Shown in pieces: positions 1-13,596 of a DNA stretch of 64,000 bases. Position 1 is the first letter of the stretch, and every line of letters starts with the position of its first letter. Location of the stretch: NCBI RefSeq assembly GCF_030684315.1, contig NC_081400.1, positions 8,313,464 through 8,377,463 of the forward strand, read 5' to 3'. Origin of the DNA: Stegostoma tigrinum (taxonomy: Eukaryota). The notes under the pieces were generated by a model. The model searched no databases, had not been told where the DNA came from, and saw nothing but the letters and a program-made list of their open reading frames with translations. A program made the position numbers and the translations under genes.

Positions 1-414
1 AGAAAGGAGTCATGTGTTGGAGTAGTTTGGATAGACCAAAGGGTCTGTTCGTGGTCTGTATTGTTCTCTGTCTTTGTTCTGTTTTTCAGTTCATCCATTT
101 TACTGCCAATTGCCTATGCATTAAAATATAGAACATTGATATCTGTGTGGTTGTTGACTTGCTCATCAAGCTGGTATGTTTGTTCACAAACATTTTGTCA
201 CATGCTAGGTAAAATCATCAGTGCACCTCCAGTGAGGTGTCAGTGTTCTGTACTGCTTGCTTTCCTAGGAGAGATAATTGCTTTTCCAATATGGTTTGAC
301 CTTGTTTTTGTTGTTTTTTATATGTCTCAGCTTTCTGTGGTACAAATCTCATAAACATTCATAAACATCTCCCTAGCTAATGAAATAACAGATAAATCAT
401 TGTATCCTCACTAG

Positions 415-2005
415 CTAGAGGGGAAGTCCTAGAGGATTGGAGAATAGCCAATATCGTTCCTTTGTTTAGGAAGGGTAGCAGGCATAATCCAGCTAATTAC
501 GGGATGGTGAACCTTACAAATGGCAAACTCTTAAGAGTAACCTGTATGGAACTTGGTGTACAGGTACACAGGTCATTGAAAGTGACAGTGCAGATAGACA
601 AGGTCATCAACAAGGCAGAGGATATGGTGGCCTTCATCGGTTGGGGAAGTGAGTTTAAAAATTATTGGAGAGGATTCTTCGGGAAAGGGTTTATTCCGAC
701 TTGAGCATAAGTGGGCATATAAGTGAGAGGCGACATGGATTTGTGAAGGGGTGGTCATGTCTCACAAACTTGATTGAGTTTTTGGAGGAAGTGACTAATA
801 GGATCAATGACGGTAGGGCAGTGGATGCTGTCTACTTGGACTTCAGTGAGGCATTTGACAATATCCCACATGGCAGGCTGACACAGAAGGTAAGGTCACA
901 TGGCATCACAGGTGAACTTGCACGATGGATAAAATACTGGCTCGGTCATAGAAGAGAGAGGGTAGCAGTCGAAGGGTACATTTCTGAATGGTGGGCTGGG
1001 ACTAGTGGATCGGTTTTGAGACCTTTGCTATTTGTTTACATTTCTGATTTGGAGGAAAATATCACTGGTTTGGTTGGTAAGTTTGTGCATGATACAAACC
1101 TTGATGGAATTGCATATAGCAATGAGGACTGTCACAGGATACAGCTGGATAGAGATCGGTTGGTGACCTTGACAGAGAGATAGCAGATAGAGTTTAATCC
1201 GGAAAAATATATGAGGTAACGCATTTCAGAAAGTCTAATCTGGATGGAAAATGTACAGGAAATGGTAAAACCCTCAATGATACCCCTTAAGGAACTGGGT
1301 GTACAGGTACACAGGTCATTGAAAGTGACAATGCAGATAGACAAGGTCATCAACAAGGCATGTGGCACGCTTGCCTTCATCGGTCAGGGCACTGAGTTTA
1401 AAACGTAGTTGGTAATGTTGCAGGTTTATTGAACCTTAGTTCGGCTGCATTTGGAATACTGTGTTCACTTCTTCACCACAATGCCAGAAAGATATGTTGG
1501 TTTTGGAGAGATCACAGAGAAGATTTACGAGGAAGTTGCCTGGTATGGAGGGCCTTAGCTATGGGGCAATGTTGGAGAAACTTGATTTGTTCTCACTGGA
1601 ATGATGGAGGTTGAGGAGTGACCTGAAAGTGGTCTACAAGATTGTGAATGGCATGGACAGGCAGGACAGTCAGAAGCATTTTCCCAGGGTGGAAGGGTTA
1701 GTTAGCAGGAGGCATGGATTTAAGGTGCGAGGGGCAAGGTTAAAAGGTGATGTACGAGGCGTTTTTTATACAGAGGTTGGTAGGTGCCGTGAGTTCACTG
1801 CTGAGGCCGGGGAAGGGGAGGTCGTGGAAGCAGGTACGATAGTGACTTTTAAAGGAGTCTTGATAAATAAATGAATAGGATGGGAATAAAGGGATACAGT
1901 CCCTATAAGTGAAGGGGATTTTAATTGTGATGGACAGCTAGTCGGTACAAGTTTAGAGGACCTAGGGACCAGTTCCTGTGCTGCAACTTTCTTTGTTCTT
2001 TATTC
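415..2005 (+). mobile_element. CR1-type LINE, degraded RT and 3' end
   Basis: ORF 665..1183 (HGFVKGWSCLTNLIEF..VDAVYLDFSEAFDNIPH), CR1 C-terminal motifs in ORF 1611..1874, multiple stops. Confidence 0.9.
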
Positions 2006-2009
2006 ACGA

Positions 2010-3300
2010 CTAGACAGGCCAGAGATACAGACACCAACAACACCAACACCATTTGCAAAGACGGAATCCTCAAACCATGGATCTGTGCCTCACAACCCAC
2101 TCCACATGCAAAGACAAAGTCTACGGACAAACCTACGGCACACCCAATGGATCGCCAATACCAGGATTCATATTGGAAGTCATAATGCAAAGACAGGTAC
2201 AGACAACCCTTCCCACCACCCAACTGAAACAATGGATCCATTATGTGAATGATGCCTTTGTTGTTATCAAACGTTCTAAACTGGAGGAAACCCGTTCACT
2301 TATAAACAACATCCTCAGCAGCATAAAATTCACCCGGGAAGAGGAAGAGCAACAATAAACTTCCCTTTCTGGACATTATGGTTGAATATATGGCTGATGG
2401 TGAACTCCAGCCCAATGTACACGGGAAGGCCACCCGTATGGATCAGGTACTGAATTACATTTGAAATCCTCCCAATACCCAAAGTGGAAGAGCATCAAAA
2501 CACTGTTCAAGTGAGCTGCGACACGCTGCAGCACCCCAGAGTTATGCAAACCTGAGGAAGAACACCAAGATAATGTCTTCAGGAGCAATGGTTACCTGAA
2601 AAGCTTAGTCCATTGATACCTACACAACAGACCACAACAGGAAGACACAACATGTCCAGAGATGCTAATCACACGACTGTACATTAAGGGCATATCTGAA
2701 ATGACCACTGGATTACTCCGCCCCTTGGAATCATGGTGGCCACAAACTGACAGCTACACTAACATAGCTACTGACGAGAATCAAGGACTCGACAACCGCA
2801 ACTATTAGAACAAATGTGATTTACAAGGTACCATGCAAAGACTGCCAAAAAATATTACATAGGGTAAACCATAAGGAAAGTACCCATCAGGATTCATGAA
2901 CGCCAACTAGCTACCCAGAGACATGACAACTAGTACTCGCTTCAATACATATGGACAAAGAGGAATATCAATTAGAATGGGACAATGCACATCCTAGGAC
3001 AAGCCCAGCGACGACACACATGAGAATTCCTAGCACTCAAAATGGAACTCTGTTAAAAAAAAGTGTAGGGCCGGATGTCATATGCCAAGCACTAAGAAAC
3101 AAATCAAGAAGTGATGCCACCCCCCTCCAGCAAACTGAGACACATAAATATCAAGTGGGACAAAAGACTCACACTTCACCAGATGTGCACTGATGATGTT
3201 ATCTAGTTTGATGATGAAAGATTTGTGAACAAATTTACCAGCTCAGCCAGCAAGTCGACAATGGCACCAGCAACCAAATGCACAAATCTTTTCAAAAACT
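2010..3300 (+). mobile_element. Penelope-like element (RT and GIY-YIG), degraded
   Basis: YGQTYGTPNGSPIPG..WIHYVNDAFVV RT motifs in ORF 2053..2358; VIYKVPCKDC..YIG GIY-YIG region near 2815-2865; degenerate hammerhead near 3189. Confidence 0.85.
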
Positions 3301-4087
3301 TTTAAGCTCTGTCTTTTCGGCATTTTTTAGGCCAATCTGCAGTGGTTCTGAACTATTACCCCCTTCAATTCTCCACCTAACACCTTTCTTACTCATTTCA
3401 TCTTTTTTTGTTAACTTTTATTTTTCCATCATCCATATCCCTGTATATGTTACCATCCACCTGCTGTTCATTTGAAACCTGCCTCAAACACACTCACTAA
3501 AACATTACTTAAGATATCATTCTTATTCTGACCATGTTCAACACCTCCAACCTGTACTACAATCACCTTCCCAGCTTGACTCCTATTACTCTACAAATCT
3601 GAAACACTAACCTTTGTACCAGCTCTTCAGCCATGTTTTCAGCACATATCTTGATACTTATATTGTGAAAAACACGTGGTTTAGTAGGAATCACGAGATC
3701 ATGACCTTTCTGATCCTATATTTTCATGCAATTCACAACTCCAATATTCTGCTTTCAAGATTTCATCTCTTTCCCTCATTTAGGGTGTTGATGTCAATGT
3801 TTTCCATGACTACAGGCTGATCACGCCTGCACTTCTGAGTGTTCTGCAGTCACTCTGAGACATCCATGTTTCTATGAGGTACGATACCATGCTGGAGAGC
3901 CGTCCACGTGCTGCCCATGGTATTGAATTCCATATTAGTATAGAATTCCCGCTCTTTCTCATCCTCTCCTAAACAGTGGGTCCAAACATCCTGCAATGAG
4001 TTTGTTTTCTGCGAGGCCATTCTCCATAAACTGTCCAAAATGGTATATCTGTTTTGAAACGGATAGCTACATAGGAGCTTTGCACTC

Positions 4088-6110
4088 TAGAACATAGAAC
4101 ATAGAACAGTACAGCACAGTATAGACCTTTCGGCTCATGATGTGGTGTCAACATGTTATTCTATTATGGTCAAACTGCCCTGCATACGCTACATTATGTA
4201 TCACCCATGTGCCAATCCAAGAGTCTCTTAAAATTGTCTAAAGTATCTGACTTCACTCCGGCTGCCAACAGTGCATTCCACCCGCACACCACTCTTTGAC
4301 TAATGAACCTACCTCTGACATTCCCCTATACCTTGCTGCAATCGCCATGAAATTATGCCCCCTCGTAATAGTCATTTCCACCCTGGGAAAACATTTTTTG
4401 GTGATCCACTCTATCTATGCTCTCATCATCTTGCTCTCCTCTATTAAGTCACTTATCATCCTTTCTCGTTCCAATGAGAAAAGCCCTAGCTTCCTCAACC
4501 TTTCCTCATAAGAACTGCCCTCCAGTCCGGGCAGAATTCTGGTAAACCTCCTTTGCACCCTCTCTAAAGCTTCCACATCCTTGCTATAATGGGGTGACCA
4601 GAACTGAGCACAATTTGCCAAGTGTGGTCTAACCAGGGTTTTACAGAGCTGCACCATAACCTCACTGCTCTCAAGCTCAATTGCTGCCAATGAAAACCAA
4701 CACACCATATGCCTTCTTTGTAACCCTATCAACCTGGGTAGCAACTTTGAGGCATGTATGGACATGGACCCCAAACCTTCTGTTCCTTCACACTGCCAAG
4801 AATCCTGTCATTAAACCCTGTATTTAATTAAAATTCGATCTTCCAAAATGAATCACTTCACACTTTTCTGGGGTGAGTTCTATCTGCCACTGCTTTGCCC
4901 AGCTCTGCATCTGTCAATGTCCCGTAGCAACCGACAAAACTCCTCCATGCTAACCACAACTCCACCAACGTTTGCGTCATTGGCAAACTTACTTACCTAC
5001 CCTTCCACTTCCTCATCCAAGTTATTTATAAACATCACAACGAGCAGAAGCCCCAGAGCATATCCCTGTGGAACACCATTGGTCACTAAGTGCCAGGCTG
5101 AATGCTTTCCATCTGTGATGTCTTCTGTTAGACAGCCAATTCTGTATCCAGACAACGAAATTGCCATGCTTCCTTACTGTCTGAATGAGCCTATGATGAG
5201 GAACCTTATCAAATGCCTTGCTAAAATCCATATACCCCACATCCACTGCTCTGCCTTCATCAGTGTGCTTTGTCACAGACTCAAAGAATGCAATAAGGCT
5301 TGTGAGGCATGACCTGTCCCTTATAAAACCATGCTATTTCTAATAAAACTGTGCTTTTCCAAATAATCATAAATGCTATCTCTCAGAATCCTCTCCATAA
5401 TTTTCCACCAAGAAGTAAGACTGACTGGTTTGTATTTCTCAGGATTATCCCGATTCCCTTTCTTGAACAAGGGAATGGCATTTGCCACTCTCCAATCATC
5501 TGGTACTACTCCAGTGGACAGTGAGGATGCAAAGATTAACACCAAAGGGGCAGCACCTTGCTTTTGCCCCGTCTGGCCGAGGGGACTTATCTATCCTCAT
5601 TTTTTTTTCAAAATTTCTAGCACATCCTCCTCCTAACATCAACCTGTTCAAGCATATACGCCAAAGTCCCTCTCACTGGTGAATACTGAAGCAATGTATT
5701 CATTAAGGATCTCCCCTATCTCTTCTGACTCCGTGCACAAGTTCCCCCCGCTATCTCAAATTATCCCTACCCTCACTCTGGCCATCGTCTTGTTCCTCAC
5801 CTAAGCATAGAACGCCTTGGAGTTTTCCTTTATGCTGCCTGCCCAGGCTTTTTCATGTCCCCTTCTAGATCTCCTAATTCCAGTCTTCAGTTCCTTCCTG
5901 AATACTCTGCAGACCTCCAGACCCCTGTCCGACCCTTGCTTTTTCAACCTTAAGTAAGCTTCCTTCTTCACCTGGACGAGATGTTTCAATGTCTTGTCAT
6001 CCAAGGTTCCTTCACCAGACCATCCCTTCCTTGCGTCAGTGGGAAAAACCCCTCCAGTACTCGCAGCAACTGCTCCCTAAACAACCTCCAAATTTCTGTT
6101 GTGCGTTTCC
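4088..6110 (-). mobile_element. CR1-type LINE, degraded
   Basis: VPDDWRVANAIPLFKKG, YMDFSKAFDKVPH and LVRPHL..AQFWSP motifs; (TAGAACA)n 3' tail near 4088-4108. Confidence 0.92.
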
Positions 6111-8880
6111 CTGAGGTTTTTGTCTGAAGAGAACTGTGGAGCACAAATTGGGAACAGATATCTTACTGTGCTTAGTTGTCACCAGTCTTTCACTACGTGT
6201 GCAGTCTTAGCCAGCTGAGTGACCATCTCTCTGTATTTGCTACCCACTATATTCTCTGCGAACGCTCCGTAGTTTCCCCAGATGCCTGTCCAGATCTGAA
6301 ATTTAGTCTTCCAGGAACTGCAGCTGAATACAGCCCCTGCACATGTGCTGGCCTCGGTCACAGGATCTGATTCAACTTCTCACGTACAGCAGTGGATGCA
6401 CTGCATAATATTGAGTCCTACTTCCATATTTTAAAACAGCAAATCTTTTGCACATTTGGATTACTTTTAAACTGAAATCATACTAACTCGAATGTCCTTA
6501 AATCCCTGATGTACTTTAAAACAAAAATAAAACTTTTGAAACAATTAACATTAAAGGCACAGTTTCAGTATTAAATCTTGACTGTAAAAACAGCTAAAAT
6601 AATATAAAACTGTAAAATTTGTACAGAATAACATAAATTTCAGCTGGTTGGTCTTGCCTGTTTCACTCTGTGACATTGACATTGAAGCTTTTCCCCCATA
6701 TTCCAGAAGCCCCTTGCTACCCAGCGCAGCATTCGCTGTTTTTAATCGTGAAACCCCGACTCACCACTTGTTCTACTGAACTGCGAAACTCCCAATTCAA
6801 CACTCGACTAATCAGTCACTTATTAAATGTTATTGTTATTGATCTGATAGCGTTCTATACTTGAAGGTTTTCCCCCTTATTATTTACAACACTATCGTTT
6901 TTTGTGCCAACTGCAAGTGTAGTTATCATGCTTCTTGCATTCAGTCTAGATCATTAATGTATTCATCATGCATCAGAGGACTGAGCACCAAATCCTCTAA
7001 CACTCCACTGAATGCAGGCTTCCTGTCACAAGAACACCCAACGACGATCACCCACAGCACTCTGCCTAATTAAGTCTGATAAGGATTCAATTGCCAAATT
7101 CCCCAACATCCTAGCGTCTCTTAACTATCTTCCAGTCTTGTTAATGGGCATCACTGAAGTCTATGTATTCTATATGATCTGCATTTCCCTCATGTATGCA
7201 GCTGGTCACCTCACCAAAAAAAAATCAATCAATGTTATTAGACAGTATTTCGTTGATCAAATCCATGCTACTTAATCCTTGCCTGTCCAATAGAAGATTA
7301 ATTATGCTCCCCGATGCTTCCCAATATCCGCTTTCAACCATTTTAAAACTGCAAATATCTGTTTTCCTTTAATATACTTTCTTCAAGTATACTGCAGTCC
7401 CCTTCATGATTCATTTGCTTACATCATCCTTTTCTACAGTGAAACCAATGCAAACATTTTATTTGAAAATCCATCTCTATCTTCTGTCTCCAAACACATT
7501 CTGACACTTTCATTACTTATGGTCAGTATGGTGTGCCTGGCACCATTTTCATGTATTTTTGAATCACACTTAAATTTTCCGTAAAGTTAGGGATTCGTAT
7601 TTTTAAAAAAAATCTACTCTTTGGTTTTCAAACAAACTGCTGCACATCATATACTTCTCTATGTCATCGACTATTTTGAGCCCATTTACAATAAGCTTCT
7701 TTTTCCCGTATTTAATCCTGCATATCCCTTGACATTCAGGGTTCTCGACCTTATTGTTTCCACTGTTCAGCTTTGTCTGAAAACGTTGAGGCCACATTTG
7801 TACTATTGTTCTATATTACAACATCCCATGTAACCATATTAAAATTGGCATTCCGAAATTCATAACCTTTATCGATGACTACCTTAAGTCTGATTGTGTT
7901 ATAGTCACGATCACTGAAATTGTCCCCTCCTGTCATGGCTAACACTTGACCAGCTTTCGTGTCTAAAATGGGTCCAATGCCAATCCGTTTATGGTTGATG
8001 TTCTATATGTTGTCTTTAAAAACAGTTCTCCTGCACGCATTTCAAGAATTATGAAATGCATAAAAGCCAATCACATGCTTTTCATCCTAATTAATATTGA
8101 GGAATTTGGAATCTTCTATTCTTACTACCAATTATTATTACACACCCCTGAGCTATGCCTGCATATCTGTCTCTCTATTTTTAAGGTCTATCCACATTTG
8201 AAAAACCTTTTTACGAATCAAAATTCCATTCTACACAAAGTGATACTTTGATCAACAGTGGGACAAAATCTTCTCTTCGACACACGTCCTCGTCTTCCAA
8301 AGGCATCTCAACTGAAGACCTCAGTGCCCGAAATATATTGTAGAATCAGAGAAAGGACATGAATTTTAAAAAAACTTAACCTCAGCCTTCTACCTTTGAT
8401 TAACTTCAAACTATAAAAACTGGTCATTCTCTTGGTAGGCCATTGCAATAGAGAAATGCCTGTAGTCTCATTATCAATAGTGTTTTAAGCAGAATATGTT
8501 AAAAAAATTGAATTCCACAGCTGCTGAGTGGTAATGCTCATTGTGTTTGCAGTTCTGGTGCTGAAACATAATTGGTTTCTGTGTGTTTTTTTAAAAAAGG
8601 GATAGATAATGATGTAACATATGACATAATGGGAAATGTTTCGGGACAAGTACAATAGAGCTTCTTCGCTATCCTGGGTTGCAAGAGTCATCAGAAGCTG
8701 TTGCAATCCTTCAACATGAGGAGAGATGCAGCAGTGAGTATCATAAAGCAAATTGTGTTTGAAGAAATGACTGAAAGGATGGGTGCACGTGATTGGAAGA
8801 GTGATAACTGAATTGCATTTGGATACTGGATCGCAGTCAGGAGTAAAAGGATGACTGGATATCTATCTAGAAGACAGTAA

Positions 8881-9220
8881 ACTCAGCAGATGCTGGAGTC
8901 AGAGATAGCGCAGTCTGGAGCTGTAGGAACACAGCAGGCCAGGCAGCATGAGACGAGCAGGAAAGATGTTTTGTTGTTCTGGGTGTCACACTGTGCACAA
9001 AACTCTTTCCCCTACCCGAATTTCCAGGAGAAAATACTCATTTGTCTTTGCTTTTGTGCAGTTTGCATATTTACTAGACTGTGCATGTGCAATTCTTCAT
9101 GACTGAAAATATATGTACAGAAAAAGAAGAAATAAAGAAGGTCTCCAATCCGAAACGTGACCTTCCATGCCTTACTCATACTGGCTGACCTGCTGCGTTC
9201 CTCCAGCTCCACACTGTGTT
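8881..9220. mobile_element. Degraded element with inverted Penelope-terminus-like arms (also at about 57931-58270)
   Basis: Left arm gcagatgctggag..acacagcaggccaggcagcat; right arm ccgaaacgtgac..ctgctgcgttcctccagctccacac. Confidence 0.55.
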
Positions 9221-9224
9221 TTTC

Positions 9225-9315
9225 TATCTATTTATGTTTGTCTGTCTGTCTGTCTATCTATCGACCTACCTACATACCTAGCTACCTCCCCACCTACCTA
9301 CCCACTTATTTACCT
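9225..9315. repeat. Compound tetranucleotide microsatellite (TCTA/TCTG/TACC)
   Basis: Directly visible. Confidence 0.85.
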
Positions 9316-11486
9316 TCACACCAGTTGCAGTTCCCATTAAATCGTTTTGTCGATCTTGCTTGTTTTCAATTGCCAAAGTGTCTTATTCGTTTTCAGTGCA
9401 TAGTCGCTCCATGAAAGAATAAGAACTATTTAAATCTATCCATAATCTTCCTCCATTAGAAAATGGACGTGGATCTCAGAACCTAATGTGAGCATTGTCA
9501 TAATTGTTGATTGTATTATGAATGAATATCCACAATTCCTTACATGAATGATTTTCATTCTCCAGATAAATTTCCCTTTTCCTTTCTTTTCTCGATTTCC
9601 ATGCACACACTGAAAACATCAAATCATGAGAGCTGGATTTTTTAATGTTAAATTTTAGATTTAGCCTTCCCCTTTCACGTGTCTGACATGTCATTTTGTG
9701 GCAAAATGAATGGCTCCAGCATTCACCTTAATGTTGTGCTTGAGCACTGTTTCTTCTGCAGTGCCTGAAGTAAAAAAGTTTGCTGTCCACGTAATCCTGC
9801 CCTCTGCCTGCCAATTCTGACTCCAGCAGCACTTCGAGTCATTGAGAATACTGGAGACCGCTTTTTTCATATATGCCCAGGCCGATTATCGTTGCCCTAT
9901 CAAACCTCCTGCCTGTCTCTTTTTAAATTCTAATGACTTATTTTGCAAGAGCAGCAGTCAAACATGGAAAGCATTCAGTCCGTAAATTGTGACCTGGCTT
10001 GAAAAAAATACTGCAAACCATTTCACATATTCCAACATCACCTCCGCTGTTTGACGTCGATTTGTAAAATTCTGTGAACAGTACTTTTGTGTCCATTGTT
10101 TTATCTGACTTTGTCACAGTTTTAGCGTAGCAATGTTGACCTACATTTTTTCACACAATTTTCTGCTTCAGATTCCCCAGCACACTTTCAATTCACAAAT
10201 TTTTCAATTTTGATCTTGGTGTCCTGCCGGGGCATGCAGTATTTTGACTTCATACTTTTTAAAGTTACCTTTGAAGGAAATCTTCCCTTCATTTTAATAG
10301 CTCTGCCAGATCTGTCTTCCACCAATAAAGCTCAATGATTTGGATGTTAGTCATTGTTACTTCCATATTCAATGATACAATCAACTGTCCCACTTACAGT
10401 AATAACGCTAATTTAATTTCTTATTCTCCTCACGCAAATTCGCAACCTACTGTCCATCATCACTGATACACCTTGAATGCTCTCATTCAGTCACAGCTGT
10501 GATACTTCTGACAGCCCTCTTATCAAATGAGGCATACATCTACCCTTGTTCCTTTCCTTTCCTTGCACCATACATTGGTATTCATTATTTAAGCTTATTT
10601 TTAACACTTAGCCACATATTATAAGTATGTTTTCTGATTCCGGATGTCACACTATGCAAAGGATGCTTCACCTTACCCGAATTTCTGGATTTTTTTTTAC
10701 ATTTGTGTTTGCTTTTCTGATTTTTTGGATATTTATTTGACTGAGCATGTGCAATTCTCAGTAACTGCAAATGTACGTTCAGAATTTATTGTTCATTTAT
10801 TTTTCTAAGTTTTCATGGATAATAATACAAAAATATGCGTATTTAAAGCTGTAGTTGATGGATACATTGGTCAAGTCTGACTTAGACAAGGCACTTAATT
10901 TGCCATCATGGTAACTGCAAAATAATATTTGACCCGTGGAGCAGATGACTAGAGAGATGGGCATTGCTCCAGCTTCAGAGAAAACAACTTACAAATATTA
11001 CACTAATCCTTACCTATTCATCGTCTTTCAATGGTTTGGAACCAAATGCTGAAGCAGGGAAAAGCAGATCTCCTTCCAGATTCTTTATCGACCCCAACCC
11101 TGTGATGACAAGTTCACACAGAAAAACAAGTTTCACTTGCTCATGATCCCTATGATCAGCTCTGTCCCCATCAGTAAGTAATTATTAATTAGAAGTTTTC
11201 TGCTGCATTTTCCATGCCACTCTGTGCTCCATCTTCACATTTCATAATAATGAATATCCTCTGTTAATATTCTGGTAGTACAGACATCGAGTTGTACACA
11301 ACGAAAAAAGACCCTACGATCCAGCTGCCTATGCAGACCAGGTATCCGAAATGAATCCAATCCCATTTGCTAGCATTTGGTCCACATCCCTCCGAACTAG
11401 TCCCATCCATGTAGCCATCCATATACTTATTAATTACTTCAATTGTACCAGCTTCCACCACTTCTTCTAACACCTCATTCCATGTG

Positions 11487-11820
11487 TGGGAAGGCGGTGC
11501 CTAGTGGTATTGTCATTGGTCTATCAATCCTGGGACCTGAATTCCAGGTTCTGAATTTGAAGCCCACCACAGCTGACGGTAGAATTTGAAATTCAATAAA
11601 AATGTATGGAATTAAAAGCCTCATGATGACAATGAGCCGATTGTCAGGGGAAAAGCCCACGCACTAATGCCCTTTAGGAAAGGAAACCTCTGTCATTATC
11701 TCATCTGACCCACATGTGGCAGCAATATGGTTGACTCTGAACTGCCCTCTGGGCAATTAGGGATGGAAATGATTGCTGCCCCGCCAGCAAAACCCTTGTC
11801 CCAGTAAGGAATAATAAAAG
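11487..11820 (+). mobile_element. tRNA-derived SINE (SacSINE1/Deu-SINE-like) nested in a minus-strand CR1 fragment (about 11280-12140)
   Basis: Box A-like gcctagtgg head, body tggttgactctgaactgccctct, A-rich tail. A related copy lies on the minus strand at about 47200-47510. Confidence 0.6.
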
Positions 11821-13249
11821 CAAAACGAGCAGCATCTGTGAGAAAACATTCCCCCCCAGTCCCTTTTATACCTTGCTGTTTCTACCATAAACCTATGCCC
11901 TCTTATTTTTGTTCACCCTATGCAGGGGTCAAATACCTTGACTATTCACCATATCTATGCCCGTCATGAATATATTTAAAAAATTATAAGGTCACTCCTC
12001 AACTTCCAACATGCGAGTGGAAGTAACGCCAGTCTATATAGCGTCTCCCTACAACTCAAACTCTTGAACTCTGACAAGATCTTTGAGAATATTTTCTGCG
12101 CAATATCAAGTTGAATGACATCCTTCCTGCGGCAGTGAGACAAGATGTGTTCGCAGCACATCTGGTTCCTGAGACATTGACATGGACTGGAGACGAGGGT
12201 GCTGGACCACAGGCCGGTATTGCTCGAAAAAAATCCATAATCAGGTTCTGGAACAGTGAAACAGAGAAAACTAATTAGAATTTTAAGGAGTCACTTGAAG
12301 GAGGAATGCAGAAGCCATTTAAGAATCGTAACACTGGAGGGCAGCAGATATAATGGGCAGGGAACATGATTGCGCTGAAGGCCATAATACTGCTGCTGAA
12401 TTTATAGTTTTGTCACGAATAGTTCTGTTCACCAGACCACAGTACCAAAAAGATATGGGAGCAGAATGTGGGGACTCAGCTCATCAAGTCTGCACGATCT
12501 TTTGATCATGTTTCTCAAACCCATTCTCCTGCATTTTCCCGATAAACCTTGACCCCATCACCAACATCTCTGTCTTAAGTGTGTTCAATAATTTAGCCTC
12601 TACAGGACTCGATTGGAAATATTACTGCTTGCCGTTTTATTTCCCGAGAGGAGGTCAAATCATTTCCTGACGAAGAGAGTAAAATTGCGATTCTTGGGCC
12701 TGAGTGATTTTTCTTTCTGGAAATTTATGTCAAATGTACGGTGTTTTGCGCCGCATACTGACCCATTGAGGAAGTGCAGGAAATGAGAGTAAACGCATCA
12801 ATGTATGAAAGCATTTGACAGCCTGGAAACTGTGTTGAGCATCGCTCTGGCTTGACCAACACCCAATCACATGCATCTGTTCAGAGTGATTATTAATGCA
12901 AGTCAGTGAGTGTACAGAAATAACATATTCGGTATTGTTCCATCAGCGTGAATGGAAATGATGAAGCGTTGAGAGCTTGAGTTTGGAATTGACGTCGCTA
13001 CATTTCAACAATCATTTCTGAGAGGAAGGTGTCTACTCATCTTAAACCCTTGACAGTTCTTTTATTTTTCTTTTTATTCAGTAAATTAAAGGAGAAAAAT
13101 ACCAAATGATTTTAATAGAGTCTATTGTTCCATAGATTCACTTTGCAAATTAGACGTTTGGCAAGACTGGAGACTGTAATCCCCAATGTGTTTCATAAAC
13201 AGTGCTGGAGAAGAATGGAGGTGAATGTTTGCATGCTAGAGTCAATATA

Positions 13250-13596
13250 TTTCACAAGTAATGACGCTGGGAAGTTGTTTCTGTTTGACGGGAAGACGCA
13301 GACCCGTGGCATAGCCTGAGAACTAGAGGGGGGAAATTTAAAACGGAAATGAGGAGACATTTCTTCACCCAGAGAGTGGGAGGCCTGTGGAATTTTTTGC
13401 CACAGAGCGCAGTGGATGCCGGGACATAAAATGCCTTCAAGGCATACATTAATAAATTCTATATCTCACAAGGAATCAAGGGCTATGGGGAGAGTGCAGG
13501 GAAGTGAAGTTGAAATGTCTATCAGCCATGATTAAATGGCAGAGTGGACTCGAAGGGCCGAATGGCCTTACTTCCACTCCTATGTCTTATGGTCTT
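13250..13596 (+). mobile_element. CR1 3'-end fragment
   Basis: Tail aagggccgaatggccttacttccactcctatgtcttatggtctt; typical CR1 C-terminal sequence. Confidence 0.75.
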
